From positions 1,408,001-1,472,000 of the forward strand of contig CAWBKB010000001.1 of NCBI GenBank assembly GCA_963789265.1: 64,000 bases of DNA, in the 5' to 3' direction. Positions 21,520-33,753 of this stretch are shown piece after piece. This DNA comes from an uncultured delta proteobacterium (lineage in GTDB: Bacteria; Desulfobacterota; Desulfomonilia; Desulfomonilales; Desulfomonilaceae). Within the stretch, counting starts at the first letter, position 1, and every line of letters begins with the position of its first letter. The notes under the pieces were generated by a model. That model did not search any database and was not told where the DNA came from. It was given only the letters and a program-made list of their open reading frames with translations. Both the position numbers and the translations under genes were made by a program.

Positions 21520-24500
21520 TCAGCCGACTTGAGTGCTTTCCTCATTGAGAACTTGTGGCGGCTCTCTCTCACCGATCTCTCGGATAATTTGCAATATGTT
21601 TCCTAAATTGACGGGCTTCTCGACAACGACATCTACACCGCTTCCGCTTATTTTCTCTGTTTCGGTTCTCAGACCTCCCCACCCCGTGAGGAGTATGAAC
21701 GGGGTTTTGGAGAGACTCCGTTCCTCACATGTTGATTTGATGCTCTTTCCCACCTCCCATCCATTCATTTGCGGCATCCCCAGATCACAGATCACAAGGT
21801 CAATCGGATTCTCCTTGAATATATCCAGTCCCTGTTCACCCGAAGACGCAGTGACAACCACGTGACCGGATAGTGTCAGTCCTGCTTTCAGAAACGTCCA
21901 AAACGGCTTCCATATCATCTATCAGGAGGATGGTCATTCGACGGCCAGAGATGTGGGCTGGAGGGCTCGCTGGCTCAGCCGCCTGTTTCGAGAGAGGCAA
22001 GAGAATCGTAAAAGTAGTTGCTCTTCCCTCTGTGCTTTCCACGAGGATCTCTCCCCTGGAGTCTTCAATTATCTTGCGGCTGGACGCTAACCCCAAACCT
22101 GATCCGGTACTCGCTTTTGTAGTGAAGAAGGGATTGAAAATCCTATTGAGATTTTGTTCGCTTATGCCGACGCCCGTGTCTCGAATTTTCAGCACTACCC
22201 GGTCACCCTCAACATGAGTCTTTACGGCTATTGCTCCGTCTTGAAGTAATGCCTCGGTAGCATTCTTAACAAGGTTCACCACCACCTCGAATAATTCGTT
22301 CTTTTCACCCCGGACGAGACAGCCATCTTGCAGTTCCATGTCCAGAGACACTTTTCTACCTTGTCTCTCAGGAATGGTTTTCCACCAGGTCTTGCTCATT
22401 TCAACGGCTTGCCTCACGATATCGGTTAAATCAAAGACTCCCTTCTCCGGACGCCGGCTGTGGTCACGAATACCGGCAAAACTCTGGAGGCGCCGTACCG
22501 TTTCAGCCCCGAACCTGGAACTTTGCAAAACCTTTTCCAGAGAATCTTTGACGCCGTTAAAGTCACCCGTCTCCAGATCCATAAGAGCCAATTCCAGGTT
22601 GCCGATGACGATCTGGAGCAGGTTGTTAAAATTGTGGGCTACGCCTCCAGCCAGGTCGGCCGCGGCCCTGAAACGTTCGGATTGTCTCCGTTCCTCCTGA
22701 GTTTTCTTGAGGTTGGAAATGTCATGCCAAAATGTCTGATACAGGATACTTCCGTCCTTTGCCCGCTGCTGAGTAGAGCTAAGTACACAATCGATGACCG
22801 TGCCGTCCTTCTTGCGGGCTTTCCACTCATAGTCCATAACAAAGCCCGTTCTGGCCATCTCCTCCTGCCATTTCACTCTATCAGCCGGATTCGCCCAGAT
22901 CTGCTTGGCATTCGTGGCCAGGACCTCTTCCCTGGTATAATCAAGGAGTTCCGAGAAGGAGCTGTTGACGTCAACGAAGGTGCCATCGAAACCGACGATG
23001 GCTATCCCGTCTCTAGACCGCTCAAACAGATCTCGATACTTCCTCTCAGATTGTATCAGCGATTCTTGGGCCGCTCTCAGTTCAGTCATGTCGCGCCCCA
23101 CCACGACCAGCCCTTTCCTGCTTCCGTCAGGATGGAAAAGCGGCACTTTGATCACGTCGAAAACCTTGCTGGAGCCATCAGACCGAGGAATAACCTCGTC
23201 TCCTCTAGTAACTCCACCCGCTGCCCAAGCTTTCTCGTCGGACTCCTCACATGCGAGAAATGCGTCACGATAGAAGTCGCTGAATTTCGCTAATTCCGAA
23301 TCCTTCTTTCCCCGGGTACTCAACACCCACAATCTCGAACAGCTTCAAATCGGAGTCATTCGCCTCCAGCCATCTTCCCTCTCCATTCTTGAAGCATATA
23401 ATGTCCGGCACCGCGTTGATCAGGGTTCTCATCTTCTCTTCACTTTCCCGAAGAGCATCTTCTCCTGCCTTCCACGCGGTTATGTCTGTTGCGCAAACGA
23501 GAGCGACCCTTTCCCCGTACCAGGAAATTGGGCGACTCATTATATAGAGCCACTTTACACTTCCATCGCGGGTAACAATCCTGAAAGGGTACTCATAAGG
23601 CGTATCATCGCCTGCCATTCGGCTTATGTGTTTCTGCAAAACCAATTCGCGGTCCTCAGGGTGAACGAACTCCAAAAAGAGCCTGGAAGTCAATTCATCC
23701 ACTGAATGACCTATGAACTCGACAGCCCTTGAATTGACAAACTTAATGGATCCATCCTTGACCACGAATATGCCTTCATTGAGATTCTCTATGAGTGCCC
23801 GATGTCGTTCTTCACTCTCCCGTAGCGCCTCTTCGGCCTTTTTGCGTTCCGTGACATCTATGCCGAGGTGGAATTTCGCATCACGTCCATTAGTCCATTT
23901 GATAATTCTGTCTGTTGCGAGATAATCTCTGTTGTTCGTCGGGTTGTGATATTCCCACCTATACGGCTCGCCTTGCAGACTTTTGACAATCGCCTCAGTA
24001 CCAATGGGTGCATGGTCCGTCCAGAACCGTGGAGTTCCTTGAAGCATAGGGTTCCTATCAATTCTTTTCCATATTGATCTTTCACAAATTTGTTTGTGTA
24101 TAGTATTTCATAGGTCTCAGCGTCTACAACGGAAATCACCTCGTTAATGCTGTCGAAGATCGAGAGAAGCTGTTGTCTTTCAATCCTGAGAGATTCCTCC
24201 GCCCTCTTGCGCTCGTCTATCTCCAGAAGGAGCTTTTCATTGACTCTTATTAGTTCAGCCGTTCGCTCCTGCACCTTTAGTTCAAGTTCATCATTGGCTT
24301 TCCTCAGAGTCTCTTCGGCCCGCTTGCGGTCGGTGATGTCAAGACTGGTGCCTATCAACCGCACTGGACTCCCCGTGGCATCGCGTTCGACTATCTTGGC
24401 GCGAGCCAGCACCCATATATATTCACCAGACTTGCAGCGTAGCCGGTGTTCGCACTCGTAAAAGGGAGTCTCCCCTTTAGCATGGTCGTTAAACGCCTCC

Positions 24501-24868
24501 ACAACCCGCTCCACGTCGTCGGGATGAACCATGCTACCCCAGGAACTTATATGTGGTTTAAGCTCGTCGACTGAGTATCCAACCATGTCGGCGCGTCGTT
24601 GGCTGATGAAGGCTTCTCCTGTCTGCAGATTGTAGTCCAATAAGCCCAAATCGGCTCCTCTGAGTGCGAGCTGCAATCTCTCTTCGCTGTCCGCTAGCGC
24701 GGCCTCTGCCGTTTTTCGGCCGCTGATATCGGTAGTCATACTAAGAGCGGGGGTTGCCCGGTGTTGCCCTTTGAGCATGACCAGCGAGCCCTCCAATTCG
24801 GCAATTCTTTCCCTCATTGCCACCAATTCATTGATAAGTTCCTCTTTTGACTTGTCCTGATCGGTCAT
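21520..24868 (-). CDS. Multi-PAS hybrid sensor histidine kinase/response regulator, split by frameshifts (~24010, ~23316, ~21890)
   Basis: MTDQDKSKEELINEL start; PAS DIT motifs; GGVAHNFNN H-box; NLVKNA, DTGVG, PFFTTK, GSGLGL; receiver DLVICDLGMP. Confidence 0.88.
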
Positions 24869-25997
24869 CAAAAGGCTCCTATGCGGGGCTCATAAAGGGC
24901 GACATTTAACTTCTTACAGGATACCATATAAAGCGTGGGGGCAAAATCCCCACCCGACGAACAACAAGACTATACGGAAATAATGTTGGCGCGATAACGG
25001 TGCAGAATTTCACTTACAATCATCACACGACGGACATTACGGTTGGATTGTGAGAGTCTGCAATGCCTCTCCACTGTATCCACGACTCCGGCTGGGGGAA
25101 TTTTTTGCAGAACTGCCTCATTACCCGCGGTATATTGCAAAGAGTCCATAAGTCCCTGGTGAGACCTCCCCCGGAGTCTCCGCCTCCCATTAGTACTCTT
25201 ACTCCTCCGAGCATTTCCGGCAAACAACCTTCAAATCGACAGACTGCGGTACGCACCGCAGGAGAATCACCGCAATGCTTGAGACTCCGTAACGGATCGA
25301 CAAGATTGGGCAGCGGGGTTTGGAATATCCCCCTCAGTCCGGGGCTGTGTGTAAATTCCCATAACGCCCCCATCGGAATTCATTCAGCCCTGGATCACTT
25401 GACCAAAAAAAACGCCGAGGACACTTTTTCGATCCTCGGCGATTCCTTAGGAAAAGGGTATGTGAGGAAAAAAAGCGGTCGAGGCGGCATGCAACCAACC
25501 TAACAATTCTTGTTTAGACGATACTGTATCAATTCGGCCATACCTATCTGATGTAGGACCTCGGAGCATAACTTGCAAGATAGAAATTCTGGTCCTGCTC
25601 AGCCCTTCAACTTCAATTGTGCCGCCTCATATAACTCTAACCCTTCCATCGATTGCCAAATTAGATTACAACATCTGTGCCAAATCTAAACAACAAGAGG
25701 TTTCGGCATGTTAATGATTAAGGGAAATGATGAGAAGTCCAGGATGCGTAATTACTACCCAGAGTAATCCCGAAGCAGGGCGCGAAATACACACCGGAGC
25801 CGTGCTCAGTGTGAGGTGTACCCGGAACTGCAAAGGAAACAATGTTACTGCAAGGACTCCTATGTGATACACTGAGTCGGGATCGTCAAGGGGGCGAGAC
25901 CCGGAAATGAACTTAACGGATGACGGTACTCCAGCGCTCCACAGAAGCCATTGGCCCAATTCGTGCCGCCAGCGCACAAAAGAAGGGAGGATGCTAA

Positions 25998-26417
25998 ATG
26001 TCCAAGCAATTGATGGAGTATTTTAACAAACAGCCGCGGTTGGGGATCTTGAGCACGGCCGATAAGAATGGGAAGGTCGATTCAGGCTATTTCGGGTCAC
26101 CCCGGATGATGGATGAAAAGACCATATTCATGGGACTAGGCAAGAATCGGACACTTGCCAATCTTCAAGAAAACCCTCATGCGTGCTTCTTGATCATGGA
26201 GCCTGGCAGCAAGCTCCCTGAATGGAAAGGGGTCAGGGTATACCTGAAGATGACCGACTGCCAGACTTCGGGTGAAAAACTGGACACCGTAAGAAGTCAT
26301 ATCGCCGAGGCAGCCGGAGAGAACGCGGCCAAAATGATTCACGCGGCAATATCCTTTGAGATTGAAGAAATCAGACCGCTGGCGGATTTTGGTCAAGGCT
26401 GGGAAAAATCTATATGA
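25998..26417 (+). CDS. Pyridoxamine 5'-phosphate oxidase family (FMN split-barrel) protein
   Basis: LSTADKNGKV, RTLANLQENP, KGVRVY; RBS ggagg. Confidence 0.85.
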   Translation: MSKQLMEYFNKQPRLGILSTADKNGKVDSGYFGSPRMMDEKTIFMGLGKNRTLANLQENPHACFLIMEPGSKLPEWKGVRVYLKMTDCQTSGEKLDTVRSHIAEAAGENAAKMIHAAISFEIEEIRPLADFGQGWEKSI

Positions 26418-26639
26418 TGTTTTGCCTTCAGGTAGAGAGTGGTTAACCAAAGCGATTCGTATTTTCTCATCTGTGGACATCTGCGCAATCTGTGGATTAG
26501 AAGAAATCCGCCGATTTCACAGATGGCCGCAGATTGAGTAGACGAGCAAGCGCATACTATCATAAGGGCTGCGACGCAGGCATTAGACCCATCTTCTACA
26601 GTTCTCATAATCCTGGGGACAGGTCTTGTATTTTGCGGC

Positions 26640-26742
26640 AGAAGATCGCAGCATATATGGACTCCATTACTCCGCCGTGAGCAGGATTGTGCAGAACGAG
26701 AGGGAAAAGGCAAAATACAAAATACAAGACCTGAGCCCTTTT
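26640..26742 (+). pseudogene. 3' remnant of a REP-associated tyrosine transposase-like gene and its end
   Basis: GLHYSAVSRI HTH tail followed by caagacctgagcccttt, resembling AGACCTGACCCC ends. Confidence 0.45.
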
Positions 26743-28941
26743 GTGACCCCGGTGGGACTGCTTCATCGCCCCCTGCTCACAATCCCGGAAAATCTCACCA
26801 CCTGCTCTTCATCCTTGCCTTGGAGGCTTTCCACGCAACTAGAGGGCAGAGATTCTTTTCACGCGACCGTAATTCTTGACTCCACTGACCCTACAGAAAC
26901 TGTATGTCATCCATTTCCTTTCTTACCGACTCTAATCGCAGTTGTGTCCCTTCAAGCAATTTAAAGGACGGCTCAATGGCGCGTTCCTTTATCGGCTGAG
27001 CAACTTCCTGAAGTGCGCGGAGATTGTGCTCGATATCACGAAAGAACGCGGACGACCGGTGCGTCATCTCATCAACGAGTTTCAGGTATTCCCGTTTGAC
27101 CTTGACGTAACCTACCGCAGCTACCTTTAATACCGAAAGAAGTTTTCCACCCTCGTCTTCCCAAATTTCATAGGGCTTATCAACTAGGCTCGCTACCCAT
27201 AACTCATAAAGGAGTTGGGAGGCTTCGTCATCGCTGAGTGACCGTCCTTCGTAATCGGTCAGTTCGCTTTCAATGATCGATTTGTACGTAGATCGCATCT
27301 TTTGCAGGTGCTGTTTCTTTGTCTCAATAACAGTCTTGGGATACTTGTCCCATAATTTCGCAATAACATAGCCTGGGCACCAGCCGATGAAATTGGCTAG
27401 CAAGCTTAGAGTTACGTTCCAGAATGCCGTATTTGGTACGACCTTTTGGTTGAAATGGGAATACCCCAAGTAACAAAGCATCGCGCATAATCCAGTCAAA
27501 ACTATAATCAGAGCAAATCGTTTAGTTCGTGCTTTTTTTAGGGTTTTCAGCCGTCCCTCATAGGCCAAGACTGAGCTTTTCAACTCAGGCTCCGCTTTCT
27601 CATGGATCTTTCCAATGACTTCGTTTACATTGTAGTCTACTCGCTTCATCAAGGTGGACTGAAGAGCTTTCTTGTCTCTTTCAAGAATTCGCACCGGAAA
27701 TTCCTCGGGTACTCTAGGGTGGCCGCTGCTGCGCCCCTGCAATGTATCCAACATTCGCTCGCACTCGCCATGAAGTTCTCTAATCCTTCCGCTGTAGGTG
27801 TCCGTAAACTCGTTTGCGCCGGGAAAAAGTGTCTGCACGGCGGAATTCTTAATCTGTTCTTTCTCTTCCTCTTGAAATTCATCCACCTCAAGATCATCCA
27901 GTTCCTTACCAATACCGAGCTTCGAGATGCGATCTTTGACCCGCCGCGAAAAAACACCGCTTCTATAAACTGATATCTTTTCGAAATAGGTGTCAAAATC
28001 GGATGCCAGCTCTTTACTGGCATTCTCGACAATTTTGTTCAATTCTTTCAGTGGCATCCCCTGTCTGAGACGGCCTTCCAGAATTCTTGAAAGCTCCACC
28101 ATCCCCTTTTCCATGGACAGGAGCCTTGCATTTGCGGCGTCAAGATGTCTTGAAGCCTTGAGGATAAGCGCCGGGGCGGGATTTATGTCAACATCCTCCG
28201 CAGACTTGGCGCTTTTTAGAAGCGTGGTCTCAACGCTGAGCTTTTCTAACTTGTCAGCTGTCGCAGAATCAATCCGTGCCTTCATGTGCTGGGCGTAGTC
28301 AGCCAAACGAAGCAGCGCTATTTTCTTACATCGCTCGAGCAAAGTTAATGTGGATTCGGCAGCTGCGTTCTTGATGCCTGACCTCAATGCATCAACTTCT
28401 TCCCCAGCCATTGCCATCTCACGAACGCTGGAAGGTAGCCTGTAAGTGTCTATTAGTTCAGCTCTGGTCGCGTTCCACAATTTTGTTATTGACTGCAAAT
28501 GCTTTCCCCACCTGTCCGTCAATTTGTTGTTAGTGACGTTGATATTGTCCTGATATCGGGTGATGTTTTCCTTTGAAGTTACAACGACCTCTCCAATCAT
28601 TGTGATCTTTTGATCGAGGAATCTGCTAAACGTGTCCTTAATAGCCCGTGCGCTCGCCTTGAAGTACATTACTTTGTGAGCGTGTATCTGGAGCCTACTG
28701 TCCAACTTTGTCTGATCCGACATGTTCAATAACAAGTCTCGTAATTCTTCGATGTTAAACCCTGTCTTGTTATCAATGAGAACAAAATCTTCGGTCTTAA
28801 AAGATGATCCTGTTAAGATGCTGTTTATCCTAGTTATTAGGTCTGTCAAGAATTGCCCGGCCATATCTTTGTCAAAATTCTCTTTGCTCAGCTTGGCATT
28901 GTCATTCTTTCTGAATTCATCTGCCCGAGTAATAATGAATT

Positions 28942-30551
28942 GGGTGCCGCTACTTTCTGTCAGGAGTTATGCGGCACACGGTAGTTCTTGATCCCGGATC
29001 TCGGGAGAGTTTGTATCTTCGATGCCGTAGAGGCGTCGCCTCTCCGATCTTCGTCTATAATTCCAAAAGAGATCCCAGTCGTTGTTGATGTGAACGGCCC
29101 TCAGGTGGATCATGCTTTCCGCTCCATGGATCGTCCAACTCATCCCCGTGAGTTCCAATCTGTCGTTGATGAGGTTGCGACATGCTCCTTCAATGACCCC
29201 GCTGCCGATGGGATAGCCTTTTGCCAAGCAGATTTCGTACCGCATGTGCTTGCGGTTTCGTTGGAGATACCCGATGACTTGTTCGATGCAATGTTTCTTG
29301 GCGCCGGAGAGTTCCTGCTTGGTTAGCATCTGCTTGAGCCCGCCGATAAGCCTGCCGGCCCTGCCGCCCAGGAGCATTCTCAATCTCTCCGTCACGAATT
29401 CTCTGGCTTGCGGGCTGCCCTCGTCATAAAAGCAAAGAGCGGCTTTCCCCAAGTGTTCCAGGACGTGAAAGATGTCCAGCACGAAAAAGGCTGCAGGAAA
29501 ATATGCGCATACCAGTGCCCAGAGAGAACGCTCTCCGTCCAGGATACAGACCAGCTCGTTACCTTTCGGCAATCGCTGTTCGACAGCCTTCTTCAGGCGG
29601 GCCACCGTCTTTTCCGAACCATCGGTGAGGCTGCCCCACGTAAGCTTGTCCTGGGGTTTGGGCCTGGAATCGAAACTACCCTCGTCCGATACCTCACGGA
29701 CAATGTCGTCCTCCGTGCGGACGTAACGTGGAGTGACGTAGGTGGAGATCACGGTTGCCATCTTCTTCTTTCCGGGCTTGTCGGGATCAACGGAGACCCT
29801 CTCGGGACCGGCCCCGCCTTCCTGGGGCTTACGAATAACCACCCCCTTCTTGTCTACGGTAGCGACCGTTACCACAGCATCCGGACAAAGATCCGGCGGG
29901 GCCTTCTCTGCGTAGTATCGATCCACCTCGTCGCAGACGTCTCCCACAATGCTCTCCAGTGAACGAATTGGCATCCTTACGGGAAAGAAGGAACGAAAAA
30001 TCTCCTCCGCATCCTCGTAGCTCATCGAAACCGCAAGCCGGGAAGAGAACTCCTGAACCAGGTATGAATAGCCTCTCTCAGGCAAGTTGATCTCTCCATC
30101 CAAAGGAAAGACTCCCGGTGAGCCGGTTGCGTGATAGTAGGCTCTCCGGATGGATATCGTTCCAAAGATGGACCGATATGCACATCCCCTGTCACGAACA
30201 TATGGCAATCGATGGCCCTGGGGTTCGATGATCTCCTTGCCGGCATATCCGGTCCCCTTTTCAGACACAAATTCTTCAAGAGCCGCTTTCCCGACCGCCA
30301 TCACCATGGGAAGAAGCTGCCTTTCTACTTCCCCGATTTCCATTCCTTGCGCTGACTCTCGCACAAAGGCGAGAATCTCATTGACCAGCGAGATTATGTT
30401 CGGTATTCCTTGTTCCATATCCGGTCCTCCCCAGCGGATACATCGTTCGCCAAACGTCATGTACCCCATAAGAGGACCGGAAACCACTCCTTTCTCCGTG
30501 CTATCTACTCGTTTTTACTTGAGCCACTCATGACAAGAAATCGCGGCACCC
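28942..30551 (-). mobile_element. ISKra4-family insertion sequence (1610 bp) with 9-bp TSD
   Basis: TSD taatgaatt at 28933..28941 and 30552..30560. Imperfect terminal IRs gggtgccgctactttctgtcaggagt / gggtgccgcgatttcttgtcatgagt. Confidence 0.93.
28967..30418 (-). CDS. ISKra4 family DDE transposase
   Basis: VDKKGV, ILDGE, LDIFHVLEHL, PIGSGVIEGACR; RBS ggagg before ATG 30418. Confidence 0.92.
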   Translation of the reverse strand: MEQGIPNIISLVNEILAFVRESAQGMEIGEVERQLLPMVMAVGKAALEEFVSEKGTGYAGKEIIEPQGHRLPYVRDRGCAYRSIFGTISIRRAYYHATGSPGVFPLDGEINLPERGYSYLVQEFSSRLAVSMSYEDAEEIFRSFFPVRMPIRSLESIVGDVCDEVDRYYAEKAPPDLCPDAVVTVATVDKKGVVIRKPQEGGAGPERVSVDPDKPGKKKMATVISTYVTPRYVRTEDDIVREVSDEGSFDSRPKPQDKLTWGSLTDGSEKTVARLKKAVEQRLPKGNELVCILDGERSLWALVCAYFPAAFFVLDIFHVLEHLGKAALCFYDEGSPQAREFVTERLRMLLGGRAGRLIGGLKQMLTKQELSGAKKHCIEQVIGYLQRNRKHMRYEICLAKGYPIGSGVIEGACRNLINDRLELTGMSWTIHGAESMIHLRAVHINNDWDLFWNYRRRSERRRLYGIEDTNSPEIRDQELPCAA

Positions 30552-31705
30552 TAATGAATTTCATTGGTATAAAACGAAGCTGGTCGTACTTCTCTTTAAG
30601 TAGTGGCACGTCTGCTGAGTCCAGAGGGCTGGCTGCCGAAAAGAAATAGAGTATCAAATCACATATAGGTAGAAAGTCTCTTGCTATCTGCTGAACCAGT
30701 AGCGGATCTCCGGTACCCGGGGTATCTGCCAGGACGATGTTCTTCAGAAATGGACTTTCCTGAGAAGTGTCCGCCCTTATGGGAACAAGGTTTTCCCTTG
30801 TAGTAATTATAACAGAGTCTTTGTTGGCTCGATGTGTAATTAAGCTAATGTCCTTGTCTGTGGGATTCAGATCTACACGTCTTTCCGAATTGATCAATGA
30901 GTTTATGGTGCTAGACTTTCCAGCCGAAAAGTGTCCCATTAATCCAACGTACAGCAGATCCTTCCCCCTTTCTGTGTATTCATTGAGGCTGTGTCTTATC
31001 CGCAGCAACAAATCCAGATTTCTCGCCGTGTGGGCATTATTTTCCAAATCTAATGCTTTTTGCGTGAGAGGTTCGTTTAAAAGCCTTTCAAGTTCCTTCA
31101 CGCCATCTAGGATATGCTGGCATTGAATATCCACTGATTCGCTGTTCATTGACCCTCCCGCATCTGATGATTGATCCACAAGACGATTATCCTCGCTATT
31201 CAGTGCCGGCCATCCCTACTTGATTCCTTTCGTAGAACCTCCGCCTCAATAGCCCCCAGTCGCGCAATTTTGAAATCTCATACTGAATTATAAGGCAATT
31301 CTGTGCCAGTTTTGGGAGATTTTCGTTGGATCACTTGTGAAACCACGGCTCTTTTGCTCCTCAAAGGGTCGTAGTGGATTCCCCAGAAGATCTTGATGCC
31401 GGAAAACGGTCCCAATATAGCCGAAAAGCCTACTCTATCAGACTTTGACCGTACCTCACCCCAGCCCCCTGGTCAAAGACAATCTCGCACTTTGACTGGT
31501 GCAGAAACACGGACTCACAATGTCTATCAGAATTCCGGGTACCCCCTCCTCAATTCCCCTTGACGATTCCTCTTGGTCCGGGTTTCCGCCTATGCAATAC
31601 TCTGGCAAGCCCGTTTTCCAGTCGGGTTATGAAACCTTCCATTTGTTTGTCAACGATTAAGTGCGGTGTACCCGGAACTTAGCGGAACTTCCGAATTCCT
31701 CGATT

Positions 31706-32771
31706 CTATCGGACACTTTCCTTCTTGCCTTTCAGGATTGCCATGCCCAAATCCAGCACCTTTTCAAAGGGCTCTACCTTGTCCTCCCTTTGATGCATGG
31801 TGATTGCTTGACTCTGGCAGCTTGTAGCACACAATCCGCAACCCAGGCATTTGCCCCTGTCCACATCCGCTGTATCTTGCACTGTTATGGCCCCAACCGG
31901 GCAGCGGCCGACACAATCTTCGCAACCTATACAGTCCTCTTTATCTATTACGGCTTCAAACAGTGCATTCATAAACTTTTGTTTATCAAGCCCCCATTTT
32001 GTTATCCCTTTCAAGGAAGCACAGCAACAGGGGCAACAGTTGCAGATATTCGAGAGGTGCTTAACGTTTGCTCCGGCGTGAACCAGGCCGGCTCTGTCGG
32101 CTTCATGGAGGATTTCTATAGCTTCCTCAGGCGTGATCTCCCGCCCTATGCCGTTTTCAATATAGGTACTCGGCAGCGACCCCGAAACTGAGACACGTTT
32201 CGATGGGATGATTACAACCTTCGCCGGTGAGATGCGCTTCTTTTCGGCAGATACAATCGGCAACCGCGATTTTCCGTGCCGCCTTGATGTCTTCCTTGAG
32301 TTTCAGATATGGATAAAGGACTGTGCCAAAGTGAATATCTTCACCAATCGGGATGACTTTGAACCCTGGAACATTGCTCGCACCCATCTCCTCCATGTAG
32401 GCGGTGTCGTAATACTCCTTGAAGAGCATAGCCAACTCTTTGTCGATCTTTTTCACAGAATACTCGTACAGGCCGATCATGAAGGGAGGAACGTTGTACG
32501 ACGTCTTGCCGCCACGCCGAATCCTGAACAGCAGTCCTCTGCGTGACATGGATTCCAATTTTTCCGTAAGTTCTTTTTCGTCCAGCCCTGTGCGCTTCGC
32601 GATTTGACTTATCTCCTCCGGAAAGGGCATCAGTGAAACCACAAGCTCAGCCTCTTCTTCCGTAAAGAGTCTCTTCAATATTTTCAGTCCAACCCCGGAA
32701 CTTGTTTCCGGAAACCCCAGCGGAAACTTGTCCAGGAACGAGCGCAACTTCATGTAAGGACTATCGGACAT
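31706..32771 (-). CDS. 4Fe-4S binding protein with N-terminal HTH-like region, frameshift at ~32166
   Basis: CICR, ICNCCPCCC, CIGCEDCVGRCP, CLGCGLCATSC; EYYIENG is restored by removing one base. Confidence 0.85.
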
Positions 32772-32965
32772 TGATCGGTACCTCGTCTTTTTAGAATACA
32801 CGAGAACTATTCCGCAACCAACCCTTTCAGGGATTTTATTAACTTCAATCGGACAAGACTTTTGGCAATGGGTATAATGCTGAGTCAATAGAGGAATTAC
32901 GATGGCTGGATCTTACCCAGGAATTAAGAAAAGGACCTGCTTTGCGCCGGATCCTCCGGAATTTT

Positions 32966-33012
32966 ATGGTGCCGAGGGGCGGAATCGAACCACCGACACA
33001 AGGATTTTCAGA
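32966..33012 (-). repeat. tRNA-Phe(GAA) 3' fragment, attachment-site repeat (left island boundary)
   Basis: Minus strand reads CTGAAAATCCTTGTGTCGGTGGTTCGATTCCGCCCCTCGGCACCA. The 5' half of the tRNA is absent. Identical to 53307..53353. Confidence 0.9.
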
Positions 33013-33420
33013 TTAAGTGACAAAGACCGAAACTAAATAATATCAAGCGCTTCTTTTGTGACACCCGTTGCCATGTTCCACCACAAACCAGGACGTTACA
33101 CAACCCAATGGCACAAAATTGGCACAGGGCCAGTAATCGTACCAGCTATAAGTGAACTCCTTGAAAAGAAAGGCTAGCTGTCTGCTTTCCTGAAGAACGG
33201 CGGCGTGACACGCCGGAGGTCCATGTAATGATATCAACATGTGACGTGATATCACACCCGATTCAAGTCCAATTTGACCCCAAAAATGAACGATAAATGA
33301 AGAAAAGGGGCCCGCCGGGGGCCCTGTAATTTCATAGGATTTTGCTCTGTACGACCATAGCAAACGGCGGGTCTGGAGCATGCCGCTTGACCTGTATTTT
33401 ACCCTGTAGCTGATGAATAT

Positions 33421-33570
33421 TTATGAGAATGTGGCGGATTTCTGCCTGCCATCCTTTTGCGGCAGTTTCTTCTTCTGTATTAACAAGGTGTTCAAGCCGC
33501 TTTCCGCGCAACGCTTGGCTACCACGGAACCGTCGCGTCCTCCTCCCACCACAATGAAACCGAAAGACGG
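33421..33570 (-). pseudogene. N-terminal remnant of an FAD-dependent (geranylgeranyl reductase-like) oxidoreductase
   Basis: Minus translation FIVVGGGRDGSVVAKRCAESGLNTLLIQKKKLPQK, then a stop. Confidence 0.55.
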
Positions 33571-33753
33571 AGAATTATCCACCTGGAGGCACGTTCCTTG
33601 ATTTAGGTGCTTGGCTTGAGAAAAGAAGTTGCCTTGCGCTGCACCATTAAATGCGATGTACGACCTGATGACTTAAATCTTGGAGCATTGCCTTGGCAAA
33701 AAAACGCCAAGAAATTGTGGGAAATCGGCTAAACTTGTTCCGGTAACTGCACA

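Larger units (their letters stand above)
26891..31149 (-). pseudogene. Dynamin-like GTPase with coiled coils and two C-terminal TM helices, interrupted by ISKra4
   Basis: G1 GHFSAGKS and G3 DTPG. Removing the IS and one TSD joins PMKFI to ITRADEF (G4) in frame, giving ~879 aa. Confidence 0.85.

Noticed and set aside
24900..25980. Protein-coding genes in this gap
   Set aside because: The ORFs have no recognisable motifs or convincing start signals.
31294..31309. sigma54 promoter for the dynamin-like gene (TGGCACAGAATTGC)
   Set aside because: GG-to-GC spacing is 9 rather than 10.
32966..33012. Complete tRNA-Phe gene (also at 53307)
   Set aside because: Only the anticodon loop to CCA is present; the anticodon 5' stem, D-arm and 5' acceptor strand are missing in both copies.
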